64,000 nucleotides of DNA from Rhodosorus marinus CCMP1338. Lineage: Eukaryota; Plantae; Rhodophyta. The notes beneath the pieces were generated by a model, which was given only the letters and a program-made list of their open reading frames with translations, had not been told where the DNA came from and made no database searches. This document shows positions 1 to 11,936 of the stretch, one piece after another. Location of the stretch: positions 248,001 to 312,000 of the forward strand of contig JAMWBK010000001.1 in NCBI GenBank assembly GCA_029953675.1, written 5' to 3'. The position numbers were made by a program, and so were the translations under genes. Numbering within the stretch: the first letter of the stretch is position 1; the number at the start of each line of letters is the position of its first letter.

Positions 1-574
1 TGGAGCTGGGTCTATCGAGATGGAACTTTCAAAGCATCTTCGAGACCACGCGGTGAGCATTCAAGGACGAGAACAGACTATTCTGCTCGCGTATGCGAAA
101 GCTCTCGAGGTCATACCGAGAACACTTTGCGACAACGCTGGGTTTGACTCAATTGACGTCATGAACAAGCTTAGAGCGAAGCACGCTCAAGGTGGAACGT
201 GGTAAGGCCTTGCTCAAGTACACTGCTTCGAGGCCGCAAATGCAGGACACACAAGTTTTCAGGATACGTATTGTCAACAAAACCATTCAACCGCGCCCTC
301 TTTTTCCCCTTGTCTGGTGAATAGGTATGGCGTTGACATCAAAACTGGCGGAATCTGCGACGCTTGGGAGGAGTTCATCTGGGAACCTTCCCTTGTCAAG
401 ACAAACGCCATTGTAGCAGCCACTGAAGCGGCGTGTCTAGTTCTGAGCATCGATGAAACCGTGAAGAACCCGGCGTCCGAGCAAGATCAAATGGACCAAG
501 CCGGAATGTTACCGGGCGGGCGAGGTGCAGGTATGCCGCCAATGGGCCGCGGCCGAGGGATGAGACGTCGCTAG
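1..574 (+). CDS. CCT7: Chaperonin CCT/TRiC eta subunit, 3' part (exons 1-201 and 325-574; intron 202-324)
   Basis: [10 protein letters not shown]...[20 protein letters not shown]...[12 protein letters not shown]|YGVDI...[29 protein letters not shown] matches the CCT7 C-terminus. The GT-AG intron restores W-Y-G. G/R/M-rich tail. Confidence 0.93.
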
Positions 575-673
575 GCGCGCGGCTGGAGAAAGCCAAAAAA
601 AAGAACAAAAAGTTAAAACGAAGGAAAGCAAAACTGCAGATATTCTCTCTACAAAAGACTGGCTCTTTATTCT

Positions 674-2413
674 TCATCCACACAGTGCCCGTCGAAAAAC
701 CCCAGAGGATCTCGTTGGTAGCACCACCTCGTCGATGTAGTCCTCATAACGATTTGCTATTAACGATGGATTGTCCAGCACCTCCTGCGGCGGGGTCTGA
801 ATGACAACAAGCAGCCTTTGACTCTGAATCTGCACAATGCGATTGTTAGGATGCTTCGTCTCTATTATAGAAGTTATGATGTTCTCGACATCAGCCTCAA
901 GAACGCGCTCCAGCATTTCTCGGCAATAGCAGAGGTTTAGCAAGAGCGCAAAACCGTTCTCGCATATATCAGGGTTCTCCACGTGACCGACGAGATCCAT
1001 CGTGCATAAGCTCAAGACCTCCTCACCTGCTGCGATTCTCGCATTGAACTCATTGTCGTCCGTGAGACATCGCAAAGTGCGAAGACCAGCTACCTGTATT
1101 TGAACGTGATCTCGATGCCGAAACAAGAGTTCCACCATCTGCGAGAGCGCACCAGTCTTCCCAGCCATAAACTTGTTCTCTTGGTGGTTGAAGCAGGCGT
1201 TGCCAAGCGCGAGTATCACGTTTATGTGAAACTCGTCGTCGCCAGATTTCACACTTTTGGCATAGGCCAGAGCTCTGCTGATTGAGTGTATCCCTCTAGC
1301 TTGGCAAATCCTCATTCGGTTAGCAGCGATGAAAGCAGCATACCGCAAGGCTTGAGCCCCGCGAAACTGCACCTCGTACGACTGATCATGGTTTTGCATG
1401 GCGCTAGCGACGGACTCCATGGCCGCCTCAGTTCTGAACAGAATCTCTGCTACATCTGAATCTCCTACAACAGCATTGCGAATCAGCGCAAGAGCGTCGG
1501 CGCATATGTATTCCTCCATTGCCCACTCTTGAAGTATCCTCACTAGGACTCTCAGCGATGATTCCTGTTGTACTAGAGTGCGACAGGCTGCTCGCTGGCT
1601 GGTTATGTTCCGCAACGCAACGCAGCTTTGGTAGACAATCGCACGCTCATGAAGGAAAAACTGTAGCACGCGAAAAAGGACGGATGCACTTTCTTCCGCC
1701 TCCTCATCACTAATCTCTTGATTGTCAATCGTAACTATGGAGAGGAGCAGCGTCGCACTATCAGTGAGCAGCCTATCTGTTCTATACAAATCGAGTTGTT
1801 TGAGAATCGCTTCGAGTCCTCCAATCTTCAGTAGACTACGCCCTAGATCACTCGTCTCCTTGCACATCTGCCAAAGGATAAGCAGTGCCCTCCTCACGCC
1901 ATGCGCCGATATTGTCGTGCTAGAGATCAGGAGTTCTGTGACAGTCCCCAAAACGTCCTCTTCCTGCATAACCTTCAATGCTTGATGCGATGGGACACAC
2001 AGCGTCAGTACCTCAAGTGCACCCTCAATTGAGAAATCCTTCTGATGCTCTCTTAAGGCGCCTGCGAGGGACTCTAGCGTGTCCCTCTCAAGGCACGTTC
2101 GGGGCTTAGCCATCAATCCCCGTGACCACAGGAGATCTCCTATGTTGAGTATAGACACAACAATGGCATAATTTCTTAAATATTTGCACAAAATTTCTGT
2201 CAGGCATATGACAACTTCTGCAGCATGTTCTACCATACTGCCTCTCCCCCTGGCCAGGCGACTCAGCTTCTCAACCTCCGGAACCTCTGACCTATACGCC
2301 TTGTCCTGGCTATCAACCACAAACACCAGGTCCTCTATCTTCACCCAAAATTCTCTCTCGTGTATCATTTTGCAAAATTCAGCAACAGCCCCAAATAGAC
2401 AACCTAAAAACAA
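674..2413 (-). CDS. Armadillo/HEAT-repeat protein, about 579 aa (start uncertain)
   Basis: Uninterrupted long ORF with repeated helical ARM-like units (QSCVALRNIT, DALALIRNAV, RGAQALRYAA, LALGNAC, AGLRTLRCLT). Confidence 0.8.
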   Translation of the reverse strand: MFLGCLFGAVAEFCKMIHEREFWVKIEDLVFVVDSQDKAYRSEVPEVEKLSRLARGRGSMVEHAAEVVICLTEILCKYLRNYAIVVSILNIGDLLWSRGLMAKPRTCLERDTLESLAGALREHQKDFSIEGALEVLTLCVPSHQALKVMQEEDVLGTVTELLISSTTISAHGVRRALLILWQMCKETSDLGRSLLKIGGLEAILKQLDLYRTDRLLTDSATLLLSIVTIDNQEISDEEAEESASVLFRVLQFFLHERAIVYQSCVALRNITSQRAACRTLVQQESSLRVLVRILQEWAMEEYICADALALIRNAVVGDSDVAEILFRTEAAMESVASAMQNHDQSYEVQFRGAQALRYAAFIAANRMRICQARGIHSISRALAYAKSVKSGDDEFHINVILALGNACFNHQENKFMAGKTGALSQMVELLFRHRDHVQIQVAGLRTLRCLTDDNEFNARIAAGEEVLSLCTMDLVGHVENPDICENGFALLLNLCYCREMLERVLEADVENIITSIIETKHPNNRIVQIQSQRLLVVIQTPPQEVLDNPSLIANRYEDYIDEVVLPTRSSGVFRRALCG

Positions 2414-3060
2414 GCGCAGCCGCCTCTACAAATGCTAGAAACACAGGTATCAAGCATCCTCGCGTGCTACAGGCTCTCTAACCCCTTTCAGAGCTCCTCA
2501 TCACGTAAAGATTTGCACCGAGTCACCTAGTTCCAAATAGTCGCGGCAACTAGCTCAAGCACGCACGTCCACCTCGACGATGAAGCTTTACGAGCATTTT
2601 CCTCCCTCTTATCAAAACCATATTCAGATTTCTTCAGCCTAAAACAAGCTCCTACGGAGCGCCGTGATCCCGCTCTCGGGCAAAACTCATAAAACGCCCG
2701 TTCCTCACCCTCAACTCCAGCCTTGCGCTCTCCAAATCGTCAGAAGAATTAAAAAATCAAACCCTCGACCCCCACCCCCCAAAAAACACAACCGGAACAG
2801 GAACAGACAACCCTGCCCTCCCCTTACTACCCAACCCAACCCTCCACCAGCCCAAGCAGCAACCTATAAAACGCACGTCATCCAATAACAAACATGCAAA
2901 ACTCACCTAAACCAAAATAAACAACATCCACCTTCCCTCAATACCTCCTACTAAAACCATATACCACTGCCTACCCCAACATACTCAACACTCAACATAC
3001 CCAACATACCCCAACCACACCCAACACTCCCAACACTCCCAACACACAACCAACACCCAA

Positions 3061-3170
3061 CACTCCCAACACGCAACCAACACTCCCAACACACAACCAA
3101 CACTCCCAACACACAACCAACACTCCCAACACACACCCAACACTCCCAACACACACCCAACACTCCTAAC
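3061..3170. repeat. 20-bp minisatellite CACTCCCAACAC(A/G)CA(A/C)CCAA, 5 full copies plus a partial, in a C/A-rich tract (about 2700-3300)
   Basis: Units start at 3061, 3081, 3101, 3121 and 3141, with a partial unit at 3161. Confidence 0.9.
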
Positions 3171-3873
3171 AATCTACACACCCAAAGCTTCCCGTTTTAG
3201 AATACTTAACGTCGCCCACACCATCACGACCCCACCAGCACGCCAGCAACGAACAAACCCGCCCCCCCTCGCCAACGCCCCCACGACCAAACCAAACACA
3301 CGCGCACATCAAAATCCTTTCTAAATACTCAATTCAGTAAGAACAGAAATGTTAACATAATATAATAAAAATTTCAAAGCGCAAATCTCCACTAAAAGTA
3401 CGAGGGAGGAGAAAAACTGTACACAAAACGCCCTTAAAAATCCATATCGAGTTTCTCTTTCAAAGGCAGAAATTCATTAAAATTCTGATACCAAAAACCA
3501 AATCTAATTTTGCTATTAATACATTTTTTAGCTAAAAGACATCATAAACTTGGTGGTTTTTTGAAAAATAGAATTCATTCTGAAAAGCTCTCTTAAAGGA
3601 ACGGACTTTCCATCTAAAAAGTTCTCGCGAATAAGAAACTGTACAAGACGTGATCAAAATCGAAGGAGGTCGATGAACAAAATTTTGGTTTGCTAAACAT
3701 AATTTGTCCAGCTGACAAATGTGAATAGTTGCGTTTTGTTTCGCTAGATTCGACAGGAGGAGTGGAAGTTGTTGAATTGATTCTCTTTTTCGTTTTTTGA
3801 TAGAGTTTTCGAGGTATTGTCAGTGGTGGGGGTATTTGGAATAGATTATGGTGGCGTTCAGGTAGGGTAGTAA

Positions 3874-5490
3874 GTGTTAGGATGCGGACGGGTACTCTGT
3901 TTGGTTTTGTGTCGGTGGTTTCGTTTTGGAGACCCCCAACCGCGAGATGCTATTTGGGCTTACGTTATTAGGTCCGGGCGGGCAAGGATCAATCTGTGGT
4001 GGCTGCGCTGGAGTTCTGTGACTCTGGGGTTTCAGACGGGGAATCTTTTGTCGGATTGTCATGTGGCTCGCCGATCGCTTTCTATGTCTCTAAAGCTGCG
4101 TGCGGTGATTGTAGGGGTACTCAGTACATATTTTATCCAGAGGCTAGAGGGTGGTAACATATTTTCCTTGCTGACCGCGGTTATTGTGTTCTGCGACTCG
4201 GGTAGCTCACCCGGCGCTGGACTATTCACATTTTCACAGCACGCGTGGAGCTGTGATAGACCACATACCGACACAAGTCTTTTCGGAGTGACAAGTGCTG
4301 ACATCGGGCCCCCTCAGAGCCCCCTTTTGGACCTAGGTCAGATCGGGATTCCACTTGCTGGTGTGACGTGCGAATAGTACTACATACATGTGAAGATCTG
4401 TTGCTTCCGAAGGACTCCGACAAAACTCAACGTGTCCGCAGTAGGAGAGTGGACTGCCCAATCTCGAGTAGTGCTCCATTTCTAGGAGTGCAACATTTTC
4501 CCGATAGGAGGATCTTTCTCAGGTAGCCTTACACAGGCTGTGGCTTCGCGGCAAAAGAAAAACATCCTCCGAATACTGTGCTCCAGGTTGTTAGACCACG
4601 AAAGCAAGGCGAGAGGGCTTGTTCTCTGCGGCTCCGAAAACAGTCCGCACCTAGGAGCAAGAGGAGCTGGCTGTTTGGTACTCCTTGACTGTCGATTATG
4701 CGCTTTCAAAAACCATCAACGTTGCATCCTCCCATACGACATCCTTTGCACGCTTTCTATGCAAGCAGTCCCGGCCGCGAAGCAATTGTCTCATCCTTGT
4801 TCTAACACAAAAGTCCTGGGTGGCAACGAGGGAATTAGGGCCTGTACAAGGACTGCTTTCAACTGAAAATTTTGATCTTCGAAATGATCTTGCACAGTCT
4901 CAACCAGCATCCTATACTGCGGTACCCTAACCCCTCCCACACCACCACCAACCCACTGAACAAAACCCAGAGCACCATCAAGGGAATCCGCACAATGAGC
5001 AAAGGGATCAATTGCGATCCACGTTCAATACCGTCAATCTCAGCCTGCGCCTCATCCCATATAATCATTCGCCACGTGTCCTTACCATTCTGATCATCCG
5101 AAATTTTCGTTAGGTTGTTAAGCTTCGCGATGATGCACGCCATGACATGGAAGGTATGGAGTCAACCCTGTTTCTCTACTTGTCACATGCCACAGGAGCT
5201 TACCGCATACTTCCCTTGGGCGATACGACGATAGGAGAGCAGCGATCGCTGACGTCCTGCCAACTAATGCGCATGGTTTCTGGTCACCAGTTCGGGTGGA
5301 ACTCTGCCGCTGTCATACTGCTGAAGACCTGAAAGCATTTTGCACGTACAGACTTTCGGAACCGAGTACGGTTCAAGCGACTTTGCGGAAGCAAGTTGTT
5401 ACGAGAATCGAAAAAACTGCTGAGCACGGAAGAGGTGGTATTCAAGGCAGTGTGACTGCGTTTTTGGCTTTCTTGGGATTTGGGATTTGA
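3874..5490 (+). CDS. Probable multi-exon hypothetical protein (5' structure unresolved)
   Basis: Phase-compatible exons VVKLRDDARHDME G|SLPHTSLGRYDDRRAAIADVLPTNAHGFWSPVRVELCRC...FLAFLGFGI* (donor gtatgg near 5154, acceptor cacag near 5195). Family not recognised. Confidence 0.3.
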
Positions 5491-5599
5491 GTCGCCGTGA
5501 TACATCGGCGAATGCCCCTGCCCTCGTTCGCGCAGCTCAGTCGTGGTGGCAAGTAGTCAGCGGTTCTCGGTGAGGGAGTTGTTTTTGCGAAACGTCTAG

Positions 5600-6789
5600 A
5601 TGTGGATGTTCACTGCAGTACCGATACTGTCAAATGATCGAGATTGGAGGAGAAGGAGCCCGCGAGCGAGACCACGGACCAAGCTATGGTCGCGGATCGA
5701 GGCATCAGAGATGATGCCTGTTGTTCTACTGTCTGATCTCCATGTAGACCATTCGCAGAACATGTCCTTTGTTCGGGAACTGTGCAGTCAGACCAGGAAC
5801 GAAGCGATCATCGTCGCCGGAGATATCAGCCACAATTTCAATCTTGTGGAAGAGACGCTGAAGCTTCTTAGCTCATCGTATCGGAGAGTGTTTTTTGTCG
5901 CTGGCAATCATGAGCTCTGGGTGCAAGGTAGCCAACGTGGGGCAGGTACTGCCCCGAGTTCTATCGCAAAGTTGGAAGAACTGAGCTCCATATGTGAGAC
6001 GTACGGTGTTTTCGACCGCCCGCATCGCCTGGACTCTGTTCTGGTTGTTCCGATTCTTTCATGGTATGATCTCTCGTTGGAGGTTTCTGCATCGGCGGAC
6101 TTGTTCGAAGGGTTCGAAAGGTAAGAATGAAAACTAGACTGTTTCTACACACCGCATTACTGAGCAATTGACTTAGCATGTGATTTTTTATGACCAGGTG
6201 GCCATGGACTGACTTCCGAAAATGCGACTGGCCCTCTGAACTTGAGGATGAGTATCCATGCCTCGGTAATCGGTACCCTTCAGGCGTTGCGTCGTCATTC
6301 GAGGCGAAGAATGATCCAATGCTCGAGGAGGCCGTGGAGGACATGAAGGAGGCTGAGACAACATCGGTGCTCACGTACAGCCACTTTCTACCAGGAACTT
6401 TCGCCCTCCCGGACTGGTTGAAACCAGAGAGCGACGTGTTTGACCCGGCATGGTTCAACCATCCCGCTCCGCAACTGTCAGCAAAATTCTCTAGGGTAGC
6501 GGGATCCAGTTCCATCGAGAATCAACTTCGTCGACTTACACCATACGCTGATGAGCATCTTCATTGCTTTGGTCACTCCCATCGACCCAAAGACTTCTAC
6601 CGGAAGGGCATCCGATACGTCCACCATCCGCTGGGAAAGCCAAAGGAACGCAAGATGTTTCTTTCCCCCGTGCATCCGCTGACGAAAACTGTGTTCGATC
6701 AACGTGGGCAACAGGTCTCGGCACCGACGTGCCTAAGATACTGGGAATCGATGATGAAAGGTTCAGACCCGCTAATAGAATGCAAATAG
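5600..6789 (+). CDS. Calcineurin-like metallophosphoesterase (intron 6121-6197; start may be the ATG at about 5710)
   Basis: Motifs SDLH, AGDI, GNHE, YSHF and FGHSH in order. The GT-AG intron joins ER|WPWTDF in frame. Confidence 0.88.
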
Positions 6790-8494
6790 CAAATACGATC
6801 AGCTCTAGCTCTCAGCGGGGCGGAACTTGCTCGTGCCGTAGGCCACTAGATTTAACCATGCTCAAAGCCCACCATAAATATCGAAATGTATTGACTCTAG
6901 ACCCGGACCTCCCCCTCCCCCCCTTTCCGTTCCTGCCTCGATCTCCGCAATTGGGACGAGAGCAGCCTCTGTTCGGCCAATTTGCCAGATCCAGTTGTGC
7001 GCAATAAGATCGCTCGACAGGATAATGAGGGTTCACTCCCAGAAACTAGATTTGGTGTGAACGTTTCCTTCTATCTCCACTGAAGAGGGATGGTCGATCA
7101 CCAGCCACGTCCTTCCTCGGACGACAGACTCTCCATCTCATCAATAGCACAGAGCCAGTAGGGCGGCCCAGAGACAATCAAACGACCAGGCCTTTTCTAA
7201 GAAGAGCGAGAAAAAATTTGATACGACAAAATTGCTAAAATGCAATTGACGTTCCAGTTGTGACCAAAAAACCAAACCCCCACCCACAACTCATCAACGG
7301 CATCTATCTTTTGTGATTGAGATCGATTGATTATTCCATGGCTTCCACTGACAAAAAATGGAGGATGAAACGTCGTTAGGCGTTTTTGGGCTTCTATTGC
7401 GTGCGGATGACTGGAAGTTCCCAATTGCAAACGCAAGAAAGCACCTGAGAACAGGCCGAAAACTGTTGTTCCGCTTTCGAATAGCAGTTTAAAAAATTGA
7501 ACAAATGACGATATAATTCTTTTTAACTTTGAATCAATTCTGATACTGTTCAATCACATTTCCTTGTGAGACTATTGAGGACGTGACTGCTGACCATTGG
7601 CCAGCGGGGTACTCGGAATTTACTGATTGGTTACGCATTGAGATCAGGCGTTTTCTCGCAGTGCTGGGTGGACCTGTTCTCCTTTTTCCCTTCTATTTAG
7701 ATTAACTCTGCGGGCGGTCGTGAAAGGCAGACTCCAGAGAAAAGAATATATTAAAAACAAACGTTTTTAGGATGGCCGTTTCTGTCTGTGGTTTGTGATT
7801 GGAGAGCTGAGTTCCAGGTTTGCAGAGGCAGCCTTAAAAAAAAATAGATCTTCACAATATTCCGTGTTGTTTTTCTAAGTATCCAGAATACAAGTGGAAT
7901 TCCCCTGTGAAAGATCTAGGATATATGTCTTAAATTGCTTCGTTATTCTTAAATTAAGAACAAAACTAGGTACCTGTGCTGAGTCCATCCACTCGGGAGT
8001 TAATATTTATAGGGGGGATTTTTCTTCATTTTAAATACGTAAACTGCCTTTTTAAATAAAATATATCATCTATAAAGAACCTCACCAGCTTTCCCACGCC
8101 TTGGAATTTAATGTTGGAAACCAGCAAACCGCCCCAAGACAGTGCTTAAATAATACCTAAATCCCTATATTTCACTTTCCACGAAATATTATTATTTTTG
8201 AAGGCATTGCACGAAAGGGGGGAGCTTATTGGGGCTTGTTTTCCACGGCAGCTTTGGACGCCCAAAAATTAGATCAAAAAGTAAGCGGAACTTTGCGGGG
8301 TTTGTGTGGATGTCTTTCGGGAAGTTTTTTGGTTATGGCGGTGCACGGGTGGAGGTTGGGGCTTCGCAGAATGCGAAAAAAAGGAGCTTGGCATGTATGT
8401 ATATAAAGGAATTGGTTTTCAGATTCGAAACGGGTTAAGTGTAAAGGGGTTCGTGCGTGGAGAAGGAGAAGGAGGGGGAGGTGGAGGAGGAGGA

Positions 8495-8550
8495 GGTGGT
8501 TGGGAGAAGGTGGTTGGGAGAAGGTGGTTGGGAGAAGGTGGTTGGGAGAA
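8495..8550 (+). repeat. 14-bp tandem repeat GGTGGTTGGGAGAA x4 in a G-rich leader upstream of ribB
   Basis: Units start at 8495, 8509, 8523 and 8537. Confidence 0.9.
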
Positions 8551-8634
8551 GGTAGAAAAGGGGTTTGTTGAGCTTTTTCGCGCTCGCGTTTGAGAGTCTT
8601 CACTTGCTTTTTCCCCTTGTCGTGAATATAGAAT

Positions 8635-9912
8635 ATGGCTTTTGTGGGCAGCTTGAGCTCAGGACGATTGATCCGGAATGGGGGGGTTAAGGTTAGGCAA
8701 GGCCGCGGAAGAGGCGTGGTAATGGTCTTGACGCCGGAAAGGGCGTCTATTCCGTCGCTTGTTGCCTCTGACGGTTTTGAAACGCCCGTGGTTGAGAGTT
8801 TAGAGGACGGCTGGTGTTTTGGTGAGGAGAGCGTGCGTCAAGCAATCGAAGCTATTCGCCAAGGAGAGATGGTCCTAGTTACGGATGACGCGGGTAGGGA
8901 GAATGAGGGCGACCTTATTATGGCAGCAGAAATGGCCACCACCGAATCGATTGCATTCATGGTGAGGCACAGCAGCGGTGTTATCTGCGCTTCGATACCA
9001 GGCGAAGTAGCAAATCGCTTGCAGCTTACTCCAATGGTTCCGAGCAACACAGATCCAAAGCAAACTGCTTTCACAGTTTCCTGCGATTACAAATACGGAA
9101 CTTCAACCGGCATCTCAGCTGCCGATCGGGCGTTGACTCTGAATGCCCTTGCAAATAGCAATTCGATTCCTGAGGACTTTTATCGACCTGGGCATATCTT
9201 CCCTCTTCGGGCACGTGACGACGGAGTGCTGCGGCGAGAGGGTCACACTGAGGCCGCGGTCGATCTCGCGGAAATGGCCGGGTGTTCACCGGCGGGTGTC
9301 CTCGTTGAGGTTGTTGATCACAGGGACGGATCTATGGCGAGAAGGCCGTACCTGGAGGTGTTTGCGAAACAGCATGGCCTTGTTATGACGTCGGTAGCAG
9401 ACATGATCGAATACCGAAAGCGTCATGAGAGTCATTTTATTAGGCTGGGCGAAGAGTCCGCCAGGCTGCCGACTAGCTTTGGACTCTTCGACGCCGTCGC
9501 TTATCGGTCGCGCATTGACGAAAGTGAGCATCTCGCTCTCGTGAAAGGAGACGTAGCAGGGAAGGATGAGGTCCTTGTGCGAGTGGAGTTTGAGAGCGTT
9601 GCGGGCCACGTTTTTGCGTCTATTCAGGATACCTGCAGACAGTCGCTTGAGAAATCTCTGGAGATTATTCAAGAAGAGGAAGCTGGAGTCCTGGTGTACG
9701 TTCGAAAAGGCTCTGATGAGAAGACGAGTTTGGCAGAGGAACTGTTTGGAACTGGCCCGAAGAACTCACGCAGTGGATATCAAGCAGCGGCGCAGATTCT
9801 CCTCGAATTGGAGGTGTCGAGCGTACGCCTGCTGTCCAACAATGCCGGGACCGCTTCTCAGCTGAAGAGATTTGGACTGAAAGTTGACAGCGAGATTCCT
9901 TTTTCGTTCTGA
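8635..9912 (+). CDS. ribB: Plastid-targeted 3,4-dihydroxy-2-butanone-4-phosphate synthase fused to a degenerate GTP cyclohydrolase II domain (RibBX/RIBA2-like)
   Basis: DHBPS motifs RENEGDL, TVSCD, TGISAADR, RPGHIFPL and RxGHTEA are intact. MAFV transit-peptide start. The C-terminal GCHII fold lacks the HSEC..GD.FGS.RCDC motif. Confidence 0.92.
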   Translation: MAFVGSLSSGRLIRNGGVKVRQGRGRGVVMVLTPERASIPSLVASDGFETPVVESLEDGWCFGEESVRQAIEAIRQGEMVLVTDDAGRENEGDLIMAAEMATTESIAFMVRHSSGVICASIPGEVANRLQLTPMVPSNTDPKQTAFTVSCDYKYGTSTGISAADRALTLNALANSNSIPEDFYRPGHIFPLRARDDGVLRREGHTEAAVDLAEMAGCSPAGVLVEVVDHRDGSMARRPYLEVFAKQHGLVMTSVADMIEYRKRHESHFIRLGEESARLPTSFGLFDAVAYRSRIDESEHLALVKGDVAGKDEVLVRVEFESVAGHVFASIQDTCRQSLEKSLEIIQEEEAGVLVYVRKGSDEKTSLAEELFGTGPKNSRSGYQAAAQILLELEVSSVRLLSNNAGTASQLKRFGLKVDSEIPFSF

Positions 9913-10089
9913 AGCCGCTTCGCACCCACCCCGCACCCCGAGCAAGGCGCGGTTAGCACCAGAGTAGTAGTTGGTAACGAGCAAATCTGAGTAGTGTTTT
10001 CTAATCTGATAATTTGTTAATATTTTGATCAAAATTAAATGTGAGATTCTGCAAAGATGGACTCCCTTGGATAGGCTTCACAGTTCGAA

Positions 10090-10636
10090 GTCCTTCAGGT
10101 ATCATTCCCAACTTTTTCAACAGCTAAACTCATCTTTCTACTTCCGAGCACGTCACAGAAAGCCATCAGGCGCCGACTCAGGTCGGACCACAATTGTTTC
10201 ACTACTGCAGCCGCACCACAAACCAACATTCTGGCACTGAGCCCCATCCTATAAACCCGCAAAGCAAGCACTCATGTTTCTCAACGACAAAAGGATAGCA
10301 CTGGTTTCATTTACAATCCGGCTGGGTGAACGTGCTCGTGACGATGGCAAACGTTTGCAATAGCCCAGTTGCTGTAAGAGCTTTACCACTTGACTGCGTT
10401 GAAACATCTTCATACCTGGAGAAGGCAGACAAGGGAACGACTTGACACGCTTCCATATGATGCCGAGGATAAAAGGCACCCTGATCGCGACTGAGGTCGA
10501 GATTTCGTGCATTCCTCGCCAACACAGACAGGTCCCACCACCGTCCGCTCTTGACGAACAAGAAAAGTTCATTCGAATATTTGTGCAAATGCTTTATGGA
10601 GGTCTCTTCTACATAGCGCGTAAATCCATTAGTCAC
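10090..10636 (-). CDS. Possible small multi-exon hypothetical protein
   Basis: Open frame MTNGFTRYVEETSIKHLHKYSNELFLFVKSGRWWDL with GT/AG-like sites nearby. I could not assemble a consistent exon chain. Confidence 0.22.
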
Positions 10637-10769
10637 GATGTTTCTAGCTAACGAGGTTTGTCACCATACCCGTTCAAGCAGCTCTTCTTCATATTGTCAA
10701 ATTGTTCGATGGGGGAGGGGAGGTTTCGCACGTGCGAGTTGGTGCGTTTTTAGAAAGAGTAAAGCAGCG

Positions 10770-11794
10770 ATGGATCGGAAGCTGCTCATGGTATGGATAT
10801 TTACGTTCCTGGGATTGATCCTGGGATCCTATGGTAGCGAGCCAGGAACGCCCTTGATCATTTCCCACTCGTTCGATTTTGGTGCGACTTGGGGGCAGGA
10901 GTTGAGATTCGAGTTGGCTAAGGATGGGGCTATTGATAGTAGGAAACTGGAACTTTCGGATGTGGAGAAAGAGGCTCTGAACGCGTTGAGAACGGTAGAT
11001 GGCTTGATTTTCTTCAGAGCGAAACTGCCCGACTCAAAGGATTGGGTCTTCAATTCCGTGGAGTTGGTAAGCAGGATGCAGTTAAGAACACTCGCATGCA
11101 GGATTTGTAGTCTGAGACCAATCTTTCCTGTACAAAATCAGTGCTCACTAATTGAAGAGGGCCTACAGGAGAATCTCATGGTGCATTATGCGAAGCAGAC
11201 TGTGCCAGTGTCAATTGCACACGATAAGACCTCAGAGTGCGGTTCATCGTCCGCAAACGTGAAAGGTAAGCTCTAGCCCCTGAAAGGACTCTTCATGGAG
11301 GCGGCCAATGGTTCTAAGGAGCTCTCTGATTCTATGTAGGCGTTCAGAGCTTCATTGTAACCGTGAAGAGGCACAACGGAGCCGTTGTAGGTTCGCCAGA
11401 TCATGCTGTGAAGACTGAAAGTGACAAGCCACAATTGAACGATCCAAACGCCAAGCAGGAGGCACCGGCTGAGGAGCAAAGCTTTCTACGAAAATATGTA
11501 AGCCCGTGGAAACTTTCAATACAAGCCAATGTGGACTGCCGGATACTACGAATCCCTGAATGTGTCACTGAAAGCTGATGATGCCTCAATCTCGCACTCT
11601 GCCAGGGTATCTATATCTTTATAGCACTTGTGTTCACAGCCATAACCGGTCGCAAGGATCCAGCCCCAGTCGGTTCCGGAGCCGCTCCGAACGCCGGCAG
11701 CCAGGCGCAAGGAGCGAACAAACCCCAAAGCTCTAGAGGAGGTTCCAGCGGAAAATCTGGGAAACGAAAAAGCGCGGCTAGGAAAAACGAGTAA
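10770..11794 (+). CDS. EMC10: ER membrane protein complex subunit 10-like (multi-exon)
   Basis: Signal peptide, ISHSFD near the N-terminus, ...EEQSFLRKY| followed by a gtaagc donor (EMC10 has SF..KYW before its TM helix), and a G/S/K-rich cytosolic tail. Confidence 0.65.
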
Positions 11795-11936
11795 TCACGT
11801 AGATTACTTATCTCTTCAGACACGCTCAACGGAAAAAGGTTGAGGTTACTTCATGGAAGCCCTTCCCAGTCGATACTAATTGAGAACAAAAACAAACAAT
11901 AGTAATAAAAAACGAAAACAACAATGAATCCCAACT

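Noticed and set aside
480-574. GRG-rich tail of CCT7 as a novelty
   Set aside because: G/R/M-rich tails are ordinary for CCT7 in many eukaryotes.
6812-7553. Possible minus-strand gene downstream of the phosphoesterase
   Set aside because: One plausible open segment (GRTWLVIDHPSSVEIEGNVHTKSSFWG), but no supportable start or splice chain.
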